DNA of 55,534 nucleotides, from NCBI GenBank assembly GCA_020052235.1, contig JAGVPM010000082.1:1-55534 (forward strand), read 5' to 3'. Under the pieces are notes generated by a model. That model did not search any database. It was given only the letters and a program-made list of their open reading frames with translations, and had not been told where the DNA came from. Positions 18,896 to 28,800 of the stretch are shown here, piece by piece. The translations under genes and the position numbers were made by a program. The first letter of the stretch is position 1, and every line of letters starts with the position of its first letter. The stretch comes from Candidatus Goldiibacteriota bacterium (GTDB lineage: Bacteria; Oederibacteriota; JAAXVQ01).

Positions 18896-20398
18896 CTATA
18901 GGGAACTAAACGCAAGCTTTTTTCGAAGCCATTCCACCACCAGCCGCACGCCCACACCCGTGGCGCCTTTGGCATAAACCGATCCCCCGTCCCCATAGGC
19001 CGTGCCCGCAATGTCCAAGTGCACCCAGGGCGTTTGGCCCACGAACTTCTCCAAAAATGCGGCACCCACAATGGTCCCGGCGCCGGGCTTGCTGCCGATA
19101 TTGGCCAGATCCGCCACATCGCTTTTTAATAAATCCCGGTATTCGTCCCACAAAGGCATGCGCCAAACGCGTTCCCCGGATTCCTCCCCGGCCGCATGGA
19201 TCTCGGCCGCCAGGGTATCATCGTTCCCGGCCATGCCAATGGCCGCGTGCCCCAGGGCCACCACCACGGCGCCGGTCAGTGTGGCCATATCCAAAATTTG
19301 CGACGGCTTGTGACGCAGTGCATAGGTTAACGCATCGGCCAGGATCAACCGTCCCTCGGCATCGGTGTTGAGGATTTCAATGGTCTGACCCGACAAACTG
19401 GTTACCACGTCCCCGGGACGGCACGCCGTGCCCGAAGGCAAATTTTCCGCAGCCGGGATAATGCCCACCAAATTTATAGGCAGCTTCAGTTTAGCCACGG
19501 CTTTAAAAATACCCAACACCGCGGCAGCTCCGCACATATCAAACTTCATGTCTTCCATTTTTGCCGAAGGTTTTAAACAAATCCCGCCCGAATCAAACGT
19601 GATGCCTTTTCCCACAAGCGCGATCGGCGCGGCCTTGGGTTTGTCGCCGTGATATTTAATTTCGATCAGCACCGGCGAATGACTGCTCCCGCTGCCCACG
19701 GCCGTCAAAGCGCCAAACCCGGCTTTCCCCAATTGCGGCTGGGTCAACACGCTCACGGCCAAATTGGAATACTGACGCGCCAACAAACGCGCTTCATTGG
19801 CCAAGATCTGCGGATACACTTTATTTCCCGGGCGGTTGGCCAGGGTGCGCGCGTAATTGGCGGCTTCGGCTATAATTTCGCCCCAGTCCACGGCCTTGGC
19901 GCAAGCTTCGGGGTTCCGGCTGGCCAAAAACAACTTGGGTGCCGTGGTTTTGTCTTCGGGCTTCAGGAAAGTTTTAAGTTCCTGATATTGATACAAAGCC
20001 AGCAAACCCACCATGGCGGCTGCTTGAGCCACTTCGGCCAGATTGCCTGATTCTCCGGCAAAGGTTTCCAGCCACACGGCGACTTCCTTGGATTTCAAAG
20101 CCTGGGCGCGCTTCGCGCCCAGGCCCAAGGCTTTGCGCACATTGGGCAAACTCCATTTCTTCATTTCCCCCAACCCGCACAGGATCAAGCGGCAACTGCC
20201 TTTTTCCTCGGGATACAGGACATGCACTTCGTCGGCTTTGCCCGTTACGTCCCCAATTTCCCGCACGCGGGCAATCAACCCTTCCATGGACTTAGGCAAT
20301 CCAACAGGCACCTCCCTTACGTCCGAAAAAACCCCCATCACCAGCGTTTCACATTGGGCTAATTTTTCATAGGTCAACAATTTCACAGACACAATCAA
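18896..20398 (-). CDS. pepA: Leucyl aminopeptidase (M17)
   Basis: Motifs VGKGITFDSGG, MKFDMCG, NTDAEGRL and WVHLDIAG. Confidence 0.95.
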   Translation of the reverse strand: MIVSVKLLTYEKLAQCETLVMGVFSDVREVPVGLPKSMEGLIARVREIGDVTGKADEVHVLYPEEKGSCRLILCGLGEMKKWSLPNVRKALGLGAKRAQALKSKEVAVWLETFAGESGNLAEVAQAAAMVGLLALYQYQELKTFLKPEDKTTAPKLFLASRNPEACAKAVDWGEIIAEAANYARTLANRPGNKVYPQILANEARLLARQYSNLAVSVLTQPQLGKAGFGALTAVGSGSSHSPVLIEIKYHGDKPKAAPIALVGKGITFDSGGICLKPSAKMEDMKFDMCGAAAVLGIFKAVAKLKLPINLVGIIPAAENLPSGTACRPGDVVTSLSGQTIEILNTDAEGRLILADALTYALRHKPSQILDMATLTGAVVVALGHAAIGMAGNDDTLAAEIHAAGEESGERVWRMPLWDEYRDLLKSDVADLANIGSKPGAGTIVGAAFLEKFVGQTPWVHLDIAGTAYGDGGSVYAKGATGVGVRLVVEWLRKKLAFSSL

Positions 20399-20410
20399 TT
20401 CCTCCTAGAA

Positions 20411-21214
20411 TTATTCCACTGCTTCCACCAGCCTGGCCAAATCTTCCATGCTCAAGGTTTCGGGCCGGCGCTGTGAATCAATGCCTGCTTTTTCCAAAGC
20501 CGCATCCCACGCGGCTTGGTTTGGCACACCCGCCGATCCCTGCAAACAGCGGCGCACGGTCTTGCGCCGGTGCGTAAACATGGCGTGCACAATAAAGAAA
20601 AATTTTTCCGGATCGCGCAAAGCCACGGGCGGGTTTGGCCGCCGGTCAATGCGCACCACGGCCGAGGAAACTCTCGGCGGCGGATTAAACGCCTTGGCCG
20701 GCACGCGCACCACAAACGAGGGCACGCCATAGTACTGCAGCGCCACGGAGTAGGCGGAATATTCCTTGCCCCCGGGCACAGCGCACATGCGGCGCGCCAC
20801 TTCTTCCTGCACCATGACCACCAAGCGGTCGCACCCTTGCGGCGCGGCCAGGGAATGAATCACCATTTGCGTGGCCAGATAATACGGCAGGTTGGAAACA
20901 AGCTTCACCTGTTGATACCCCTTAGCGCGCAATTCCCCGGAGATAGCGGTCCAATCCACCTGCCGCGCGTCCTGCAAACGCACTTCCAAATTAGCCCGCG
21001 CCCCCAAGCGTTCGTGCAAACGGTTGGCCAGGCGCTCATCGAGTTCCAAAGCCAATACGTGCCCGGCGCGCTCGCACAATCCCTTGGTAAGCACGCCCTT
21101 GCCCGGCCCAACTTCCACAATGGCGTCCGCAGACGTTACTTCAGCTGCGTCCATAATGGGTTGTAAAAACGAAATATCGGCTAAAAAATGCTGCCCCAAA
21201 CGTGGTTTGCTCAT
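20411..21214 (-). CDS. rsmA: 16S rRNA dimethyladenosine transferase
   Basis: Motifs LGQHFL, EVGPGKG, SNLPYY, QEEVA and F.PPPRVSSA. Confidence 0.95.
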   Translation of the reverse strand: MSKPRLGQHFLADISFLQPIMDAAEVTSADAIVEVGPGKGVLTKGLCERAGHVLALELDERLANRLHERLGARANLEVRLQDARQVDWTAISGELRAKGYQQVKLVSNLPYYLATQMVIHSLAAPQGCDRLVVMVQEEVARRMCAVPGGKEYSAYSVALQYYGVPSFVVRVPAKAFNPPPRVSSAVVRIDRRPNPPVALRDPEKFFFIVHAMFTHRRKTVRRCLQGSAGVPNQAAWDAALEKAGIDSQRRPETLSMEDLARLVEAVE

Positions 21215-22242
21215 GCACGCTCCGTATGTTTATTTTTACCCTTTTGCTCATACCGCACCATATCCACGGCGCATAAAATAGCGGCTGTCATGGAACCGGC
21301 GCCGGCCTTTCCGGTGCCCGCCAAATCAAACGCCGTGCCGTGATCCGGCGAAGTGCGTATGATCGGCAGTCCGGCCGTAACATTTACCCCCGTGTGCATG
21401 GCCAGCATTTTAAACGGTATCAATCCCTGGTCGTGATACATGCACACCAGTAAATCCCATTGCCCCTTGAGCGCTTCGGCAAACATGGTATCCGGCGGAA
21501 ACGGCCCTGCCACGCTGAAGTCCCGATTTTTTTTTAATTGTTTAATTGCCGGCACAATGGCGCGGGCTTCTTCGGTGCCGAACAGTCCGCCTTCCCCGGC
21601 GTGAGGATTAAACCCGGCCACGGCCAAACGCGGATGCGCAATCCCAAAACGCTGCTGCAATTCGCGCACGGCCAGCGTGGCGGTTTGTGCGATCCGGTCC
21701 GGCGTTAATAATTTGGCAACGCGGGCCAGGGGTTCATGAATGGTCGCCAGCACCAGCCTAAACGGGCCGCCTACGAACATCATGGCATAGCGCCTGCTTC
21801 CCGTTAATTTGGCCAACAATTCAGTATGCCCGGGAATATTGGCCCCGGCCGCGTGCCAGGCTTCCTTGCAAATCGGCGCGGTCACCAAAGCATCGGCCTG
21901 CCCTTGGCCGATCAGTTCCACCGCCAGATGCACGGCTGCCAGCGAGGCCATGCCCGTAGCTTCGGTCCAATGCCCTGGGGCCGGAAGTTTGGGCATGGGC
22001 CAGGCATTGACCACGGGCAAAACTGTTTGGGGCGCATTCCAGGCATCTTCCAGCACAGCATATTCCCGCACCTGCAATTTGGAACCACACACAGTTGCAG
22101 CTTTTTGCATAACCCGCGCATCGCCTGTCACCAAAATGCGCGCACTCCGGATAACGCTCCTTTGCATCCGCGCTTTGACGATGATCTCCGGACCCACGCC
22201 CGCCGGATCTCCCATGGAAATAATCAATTTCGATTTGTTCAT
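21211..22242 (-). CDS. pdxA: 4-hydroxythreonine-4-phosphate dehydrogenase
   Basis: Motifs MGDPAGVGPE, PGHTE, NPHAGE, MYHDQG and RTSPDHGTAFD. Start re-called at ATG 22242. Confidence 0.93.
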   Translation of the reverse strand: MNKSKLIISMGDPAGVGPEIIVKARMQRSVIRSARILVTGDARVMQKAATVCGSKLQVREYAVLEDAWNAPQTVLPVVNAWPMPKLPAPGHWTEATGMASLAAVHLAVELIGQGQADALVTAPICKEAWHAAGANIPGHTELLAKLTGSRRYAMMFVGGPFRLVLATIHEPLARVAKLLTPDRIAQTATLAVRELQQRFGIAHPRLAVAGFNPHAGEGGLFGTEEARAIVPAIKQLKKNRDFSVAGPFPPDTMFAEALKGQWDLLVCMYHDQGLIPFKMLAMHTGVNVTAGLPIIRTSPDHGTAFDLAGTGKAGAGSMTAAILCAVDMVRYEQKGKNKHTERA

Positions 22243-22320
22243 GTCACCCGCGCTTCCCCGTTTTGATTTTGCGTATTCCGTACCAGCAGATTTTAACACG
22301 CTTTCCCGGCCAGGGTCATT

Positions 22321-23190
22321 TCATTTCGGATTGGCGTAGCAATAGACGCAGCCCTGTGGGCACGACAGCGCATAATCGCCGATGTCGATCGCGGGCGTGC
22401 AGCCGCAGGCCTTGCGCTGCCCCGAATCTTTCCCTCCCGGCGCCGGCCAGCCTTGCGGATGCAACCGCGTCAGCCGCGCGCCGTCCACACACTGCGCCGG
22501 AAGCACGCCCGCCCCGGTTAAGGGCGGACAGCAGCACGCGCGCACCTGCAAACCAAAACGCGTTGCCAGCGTCAAGATATGTGTTGCCAAACTTCGCACC
22601 CGCCCGGGCTTGGGGTCCACCCAAGTTAATCCCGCGTGTCCGAAGCGGCGCCGGACCTTGGCGTATGCTTGGCCAAGGGACACGGTCACTTGCGTCAACC
22701 CCGAGTCTTTGGCTATGCGCATCCACTCCGGCAACTCGCGTAAATTGGTCCGCACCTTGCCGTCGCTGCACCAAGCCAAAATCGGATCAAACCGCCAGTT
22801 CACGCGTTCAGGATGCCCGGCCACGGCAACCAGGGCTTTGAATTGTTGCGCTATAACCTTGGGAGAGGCAATGCCGGGTTCAAGTCTGCTTCCGCCCAAG
22901 CCGGTCAAGGTGAGATGAAAAATCAATTGCGCATACCTGCGCAATTGATCCAGTACGCCGCACTCATTGGCCAAAACCCGCGCGTAATCTTTGGACCACA
23001 AAACCAGGGTATGCACCGCCTCGGGCCTTAAATCCACGCAGCGGACTTTTCGGTTAAAAGGATTGGGCACCAACACCTGCCCGGCTTGCAACCATTGCGC
23101 CAATTGGTCCGGGAAACAGCGGGATAAATCTGTACGGCGCGAGGCCGAGATGACAACCCGTTCGGGAGGGAAAAGGGACTGGGGCTCCAT
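22321..23190 (-). CDS. DUF1848 family protein (radical-SAM-like, C-terminal Fe-S motif)
   Basis: Motifs ISASRRTD, NPFN, WSK, WRFDPI and KDSGQR.ACGC...DIG.Y...CPQGCVYCYAN. Confidence 0.88.
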   Translation of the reverse strand: MEPQSLFPPERVVISASRRTDLSRCFPDQLAQWLQAGQVLVPNPFNRKVRCVDLRPEAVHTLVLWSKDYARVLANECGVLDQLRRYAQLIFHLTLTGLGGSRLEPGIASPKVIAQQFKALVAVAGHPERVNWRFDPILAWCSDGKVRTNLRELPEWMRIAKDSGLTQVTVSLGQAYAKVRRRFGHAGLTWVDPKPGRVRSLATHILTLATRFGLQVRACCCPPLTGAGVLPAQCVDGARLTRLHPQGWPAPGGKDSGQRKACGCTPAIDIGDYALSCPQGCVYCYANPK

Positions 23191-23203
23191 CAAAGCAACC
23201 GGG

Positions 23204-24178
23204 TTACAGGGCCAATTGGTAGGTTAATTTATACGCTTGGTAATCTATGTGTTTGGTTTTATTAACCGCCAGTGACAGCGGTGCATGCACAAACCCGCCT
23301 TTCTGGATGGCGGCCAAAATGGCAATATGGCCCTCGCACAAAGCCCGGACCGCCAAATTTCCCAAACGCGCTGCCAAAAAACGGCTGCGGGCCGTGGGGC
23401 TGCCGCCGCGTTGAATGTATCCCAGCACGGAAACGCGGACTTCCAATCCCATCTCCTTGGTGATTTGAGCCGCAAGCTTGCGCGAGTCCCCGGCGCCTTC
23501 GGCCATGACAATGATGGAGGACACCTTGCCCCGCTTGTGTCCCAAAACCAAACTCCGGCAGATCTGTTTCAAATCAAACTTCACTTCCGGCACCAGCACG
23601 GCCTCGGCGCCGCAGCACAAGCCGACTTCCTGGGCAATAAATCCATTCTCCCGCCCCATGACTTCGGCCACAAAAATCCGCTCGTGCGAAGACGCGGTGT
23701 CGCGGATTTTATCAATGGCGCTTACCGCCGTGTTGACCGCCGTATCAAACCCCACGGTCTCGTCCGTGCCGTACACGTCATTGTCAATGGACGCCGGCAC
23801 CACGGCCACGGGCAATTTTAATTCCCGGTGAATGGTATAGGCCGCGGCCGACGTGCCGTTGCCTCCAATGGCCACCAGCGCGTCCAGGCCTTTATCCAGG
23901 ATATTGCGGTAGGCCTGATCTCGGTTTTTCCGTTCGCGGAACTCCGGGCAGCGGACCGTGCGCAGAATCGTTCCGCCGCGCGAAATGATGTTGCCCACGC
24001 TGCGCGAATCCATGTCATGAAAATCTCCGGTCAGCAAACCCCAATAGCCGCGCTCGATGCCTGTTACTTTTAATTTCCGGTCCAACGCGCTGCGCACCAC
24101 GGCCCGGATGGCCGCATTCATGCCCGGCGCGTCCCCGCCCGAAGTTAATACGCCAATGTGTTTAATCGCTTTTTTCAT
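23204..24178 (-). CDS. pfkA: 6-phosphofructokinase
   Basis: Motifs TSGGDAPGMNA, GGTIL, SIDND, EVMGR and LGYIQRGG. Confidence 0.95.
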   Translation of the reverse strand: MKKAIKHIGVLTSGGDAPGMNAAIRAVVRSALDRKLKVTGIERGYWGLLTGDFHDMDSRSVGNIISRGGTILRTVRCPEFRERKNRDQAYRNILDKGLDALVAIGGNGTSAAAYTIHRELKLPVAVVPASIDNDVYGTDETVGFDTAVNTAVSAIDKIRDTASSHERIFVAEVMGRENGFIAQEVGLCCGAEAVLVPEVKFDLKQICRSLVLGHKRGKVSSIIVMAEGAGDSRKLAAQITKEMGLEVRVSVLGYIQRGGSPTARSRFLAARLGNLAVRALCEGHIAILAAIQKGGFVHAPLSLAVNKTKHIDYQAYKLTYQLAL

Positions 24179-24214
24179 ATTCTAATGCCTCCGAAAAAAA
24201 ATACTCAGGTCATA

Positions 24215-24312
24215 TTCACCGCAGAGACGCAAAGGGCGCGGAGAAAGCCATAAAAAAAACAAAGCTTATTTCTCGGGAATTTTCTCTGCGTGCTCCGCGC
24301 CTCTGCGGTGAA
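24215..24312. repeat. About 100-bp imperfect inverted-repeat element with 9-bp periodic arms
   Basis: TTCACCGCAGAG-ACGCAAAG-GGCGCGGAG...CTCTGCG-TGCTCCGCG-CCTCTGCGGTGAA, with perfect 12-bp outer arms. Confidence 0.75.
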
Positions 24313-24340
24313 ATCATTGCCGATTTTGGACACAAATGAG

Positions 24341-25792
24341 TTACTGGTAATCTTGATTCACAACCTTGAATTCCACCCGGCGGTTTTGGCTGCGTCCGGT
24401 TTTTGTTTTATTGCTTGCAATGGGGCGGGTCTGCCCAAATCCCACGGCTTGAATGTGGTCGGCGTTCAATCCCTGTTTGTCCGTCAAATAGGCTTTCACC
24501 GCATCCACCCGGCGCTGGGATAATCTCAAATTATCATCCGCGATTCCCTGGGCATCGGTATGTCCCTCGATGCGGATGGTCAGCGCAGGATACTGCCGCA
24601 GCAGGACGCCGATTTCCTTGAGGGTTTTCAGGGAAGCCGGGTTTAAATCCGCTTTATTGCTGGCGAATTGCACCTTGGAAAATTTGCCCAGCGCGATCTG
24701 CTGCGTAAAGTCATCAATTTTTTTCTCCAGTTCCTGAGCCTGCGCCTTGATTTCAGGCGCCGGTGCCGGGGTAGGAGCTGCCGTAGGTGCCGTCGTGGGA
24801 GCCCGGGCCGGAGTGGCCCGGGGAGCAGGCGTGGATTTGTCCAATGCGGGCAAGGCATACGATAAAGCGATACGGTGCGTATTTCCTAAAAATCCGTACG
24901 GCACAAACGCATAATCCAGCTTAAAATCCCGATAGTAAATTCCCATGCCCGCAGACACGCCGGCCAAGGTATTGGTGCCGTAACCTTCGTAATACTCCGA
25001 ATTATCAACCGCGCTTTGGTAACGGTAACCGACGCGCAAGGCCAGAATTTTTTCAAATACATATTCCAGCCCCAAACTGATTTTTCCGTCCTGTTCCAAC
25101 AGTTGGTTGTAATCCACCGAGGCCAGCAACCGCGGCATGGCTTGCCAGGAAACGCCTACTTTTAAATTAACGGGCAGCCGGGCATAATTGTCTTCCGGCC
25201 GTGTAGCAGGCCCCAGGTTTTGCGCCACGGCCCCTATTTTCCAGGCCGGCCAGGGCAGACGGTATAAAAACGACAGATCCACGGCCCACCCCATGTCGGC
25301 TCGGCTGTCGATGTTTTCGGAAAATAGTTTCAGGGCGCCGCCCAAGGATAAGCTGGGGTCAAACGGATACGCGTAAGCGGCTGAGAAGCCGAGGTTGGAT
25401 GCGGAAAAAGTTCCCCGGTCAGGAGAACTCGGCGTGTCGCCTTCCTCGGAACGCGAAATATCCCCGTGGTTCAAATAAATAAGCGATGCTCCGCAAGTTC
25501 CCACGGGCAAGGGGAAAGAGAACGCCAAATGTTCAAAATAAATTTCTTCCAGCCAAAAGGTGTGCATGGCCGTCACGGCCGGGGTGGGAATTTGCGATAA
25601 ACCCGCGGGATTCCAATAAACAGTCGAAGGGTCATCGGCCACGCCTGCGAACGATTCACCCATGGCCACCGCACGCGGACCCACGCCGATTTTTAAAAAC
25701 GTCGCGGCCGTGGTGCCTTTGCCGGAAATCGCGCCGGCCTGGGAAGCCGGAAACAAACTCAAAATCACAAGCAGCGCCTGAAATTTACGCAC
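24341..25792 (-). CDS. PorV/PorQ (UPF0164-type) outer-membrane barrel fused to an OmpA-like peptidoglycan-binding domain
   Basis: FLKIGVGPRAVAMGE...YWNPAGL and LDYAFVPYG.LG.THRI barrel, P/A/T linker, then IEGHTD, NLRLSQRR and NRRVEF. GTG 25792 is preferred over TTG 25810. Confidence 0.88.
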   Translation of the reverse strand: MRKFQALLVILSLFPASQAGAISGKGTTAATFLKIGVGPRAVAMGESFAGVADDPSTVYWNPAGLSQIPTPAVTAMHTFWLEEIYFEHLAFSFPLPVGTCGASLIYLNHGDISRSEEGDTPSSPDRGTFSASNLGFSAAYAYPFDPSLSLGGALKLFSENIDSRADMGWAVDLSFLYRLPWPAWKIGAVAQNLGPATRPEDNYARLPVNLKVGVSWQAMPRLLASVDYNQLLEQDGKISLGLEYVFEKILALRVGYRYQSAVDNSEYYEGYGTNTLAGVSAGMGIYYRDFKLDYAFVPYGFLGNTHRIALSYALPALDKSTPAPRATPARAPTTAPTAAPTPAPAPEIKAQAQELEKKIDDFTQQIALGKFSKVQFASNKADLNPASLKTLKEIGVLLRQYPALTIRIEGHTDAQGIADDNLRLSQRRVDAVKAYLTDKQGLNADHIQAVGFGQTRPIASNKTKTGRSQNRRVEFKVVNQDYQ

Positions 25793-25822
25793 GCCAAGCC
25801 CCCTGGTCAATCTATAGGGGTT

Positions 25823-25851
25823 ATCTTATCATCGCGCGCGGACAGAGTCAA
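25823..25851 (-). promoter_or_regulatory. Sigma70-type promoter for the PorV/PorQ-OmpA gene
   Basis: TTGACT-N17-TAAGAT with extended -10 TG. Confidence 0.5.
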
Positions 25852-25853
25852 CC

Positions 25854-25882
25854 GTAGGGAACGGTTTAAAACCGTTCCCATA
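25854..25882. repeat. GTAG-type REP palindrome, possible terminator of the giant gene
   Basis: GTAGGGAACGGTTTAAAACCGTTCCCATA. Confidence 0.7.
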
Positions 25883-25898
25883 AAATTCATGCCTGCGG

Positions 25899-28800
25899 TT
25901 ACGCCGAACCGGCCAGGGTGCGGATGACGCTCGGATCAGCGGGTTTCAGTTCCTGCCCTGAATCATCATACACCGGAAAATGATTCACCAGCTGATTGCG
26001 CAAGTGCGGATGATGCAGCACCAATTCCGGCACCCAATATGCAGGATAAGTTACCGTGTTCCCTGCGGATACGGCCAGGCGGATACGCACTTGCCGTTCA
26101 GGCGTGAACACGGACATGGCCTTGACCACGGCCAGTTGATAGGCGGCATCCGCACCGGGCTGTTGCATTTCCGCAAGCAGGGCCGTGAGCAGCCGCCGCT
26201 CCAAACGTTGCAGCCGCAACTGCTGCCGCGCGGCATCGGCGCCCTGCTCCGCGCTGCGGCTTAAAGCTTGAAGACGCGCCAAATTATTCGTCCACGAGGC
26301 ATTTTCCCAAAGATTGCGCAACAACAAGCCGCGTTCCCGGGGGGCCACCTGCGCTTCGGTTAGCTGCTGTTCCAATTGATATTTTAAATATGCCGCAGGC
26401 GCCAGTTCCAACCCGATATCGCCCAAACGTTCGGTTTCCCGGCGCAACGCGGCGGTTTCGCGCTGCAATGCATCCACCCAGGCCGATTTACCAAACCACG
26501 CCTTGAAAACCGGATTGCGGTTCAACGCAGCCTTAACCTCGGCCGCGGTCACGGGGTCCACCTCGCCTTGCACCATCAAGGTTCCGTTGGTGACCGCCCA
26601 CAGGGTCTGCGACACGGTCCAAAATTGTGAGTGCCGGACAATGGCCCACAGTTTTAATCCGTGCACTTCCGGTGCGCGGCCGAAAACTTTCTGCAGGAGC
26701 GAAACCTTGCGTGTCATGAAAATGCTTGCTGCCAACGCCAAATACAAACGGTTTCTTAAGCCCAGCGGTGCGCGCATGGCGGACGAGCCCTTAACTTCAA
26801 GCCTCAAACGCGCACCCGATTTTTTTCCTGCCGGCAATTCCTTGGCGGCATTGGCGCGCGCAGCATATTCCCAGGGCGTGGTTTCCGTGGATTGAATCCG
26901 GGCAATCGGCAAGGGCATCTGAATGCCGCTGCTCAACACTTGGTGTTCGGGGCCATAGGCCAGCTCGTCAAAAATTTGAGCTGCCGCATCGCGCAGTACC
27001 GCGTCCCGCGCTGAACGCGTTTGAGCTCCCAGAACCGAGACCCGTAACTCTTGCTGCAGCACTCCGGAATTGACCGCACGCTCTTCAACCTCTTCGGCCA
27101 ATTGATCTTCCTCCAGGGCCTTTTCTCCCAAGCCCGCCTGCAGCCATTCGGCTTCCTGACCCACCACAGTCCGGCCCGCGGCTGCGAACACGTTTTGCCA
27201 AGCATTCCAATCCACGGTTTTTTCCGCGGCAAATGCTGCGGTGGCCGGGGTCGTGGCCGACCCAAAAACATATACGCGTCCTTGCGAAATCAATTTCGCC
27301 CATCCGGCCAGCACCACAGGCGCGGTCAATTGATTTTGCCGGGTGAGAACCAACAGTCCAGGCGCCGGAGCCGCAACCGGAACTTGCCCCCCAAGCAGCG
27401 GAACAGCCTGCATTTGTTGCAGCACCTGCTTGGCTTGGTCATTTCCGGCTTTATTCAAACGGCTTAATTCCATATTAATGGCAGCCAACAACTCCGTATC
27501 ATCGGAATACAATTTTAGATTGCCGCGCTGGGTCTGAGGCAGCTGCGAAAAAATTTGCACGGCCTGACGCGCAATCCAATATGCGCGAACGTGCAGCGTT
27601 ATCTGCGAACGCAAGGTATTGGCCACGGTTTGCGGAACGGTGAGTTCCCCGGCCTTCGTGGTGTCCAACCGCAACACGGGGCGCAATAAATTCAATTGCA
27701 GCCAAGCGGCAAGCTCGGACGAACGCACGCTTCCGGCCTGGCGGCGCAGAATATCCCAAATACCGTTGAAACCCAAACGCGAACGCCAGACATCGCCCAC
27801 TATGCGCAGGGACGCTTGGCGCAGCCACGCCTCGGCCTGAACCATAGCGGGCATTCCCTGACGGGCGGCTGCGCCAGTGAAAACTTGGCGGAATGCCCAA
27901 GCCCGGATCCCAATGCCCGGACCCGAAACCTGGACTTGCCCCAAGGCCAATTCCCAAACCGCGTTGGGCGCCGGCGCCAGGAAAACCGCCCCCGGATATC
28001 CGGCTTGACCCAACAACAGGCGCGGATCCAAAATCCACAACGAACCCTGTTGTTGAATCAATAAATCGCCGGAGGCACGGGCAAAACGAATACGCCCTCC
28101 GCCTTGAATATGCTGCGTTAAAGCCTGCAGCACCATGCCGGAGGCCGTGGCCAGCAGCCGCTCCCAAGCCCGCAACCATTCCGGATCCGTGCTGTTGAAC
28201 TCCAACCGGCCTTGATTCAGCTTTACTTCCAGCGGTTCCCGGATGGAACTATTTTCCGATTTGGCTTGAAAATACGACTTGTATTCCTCCCATGTCGCGC
28301 GCACATGCCCTTGGCCGAAAGCCTCAAACACTTCATGGCGCAGAACCGCCACTTGCGCACCAAACGGCAGGGATAAAAAGCTTGCATGCAAACGCACCAA
28401 CGGCCGCCCCTCGCGGTCCTTCAGGCCTTGACCCACCAACACCCCCCGCAGCAGTGCGGATAACCAATTTTGACGCGGCAAGACCTCCACGCGCGGGCGC
28501 CGGTAACTTGCCGGCAATCCGCCCACACGTTCTATCTCCGCAAACACGCTGCGCAATAACGCCCCGGCCGCGTCACTATCCAGCTTGGGTGCCCGGCCTT
28601 GCCGCAGCCGCAGCCAATAATACAACCGTGGTGCGTAAATTACCGCCAACCCCAAACCCGACATCGCGCCCCACACCGATAGCGTGGTCAGGACGGCTGT
28701 GGGAGAAAACAAGCTTGAGACTATTGCGCCGATGGCGAGCGCAGCACCCGCAGCCATCACCGCGCGCAGGGGAGACACCCGCAATTCGTTCCCGGCAAAC

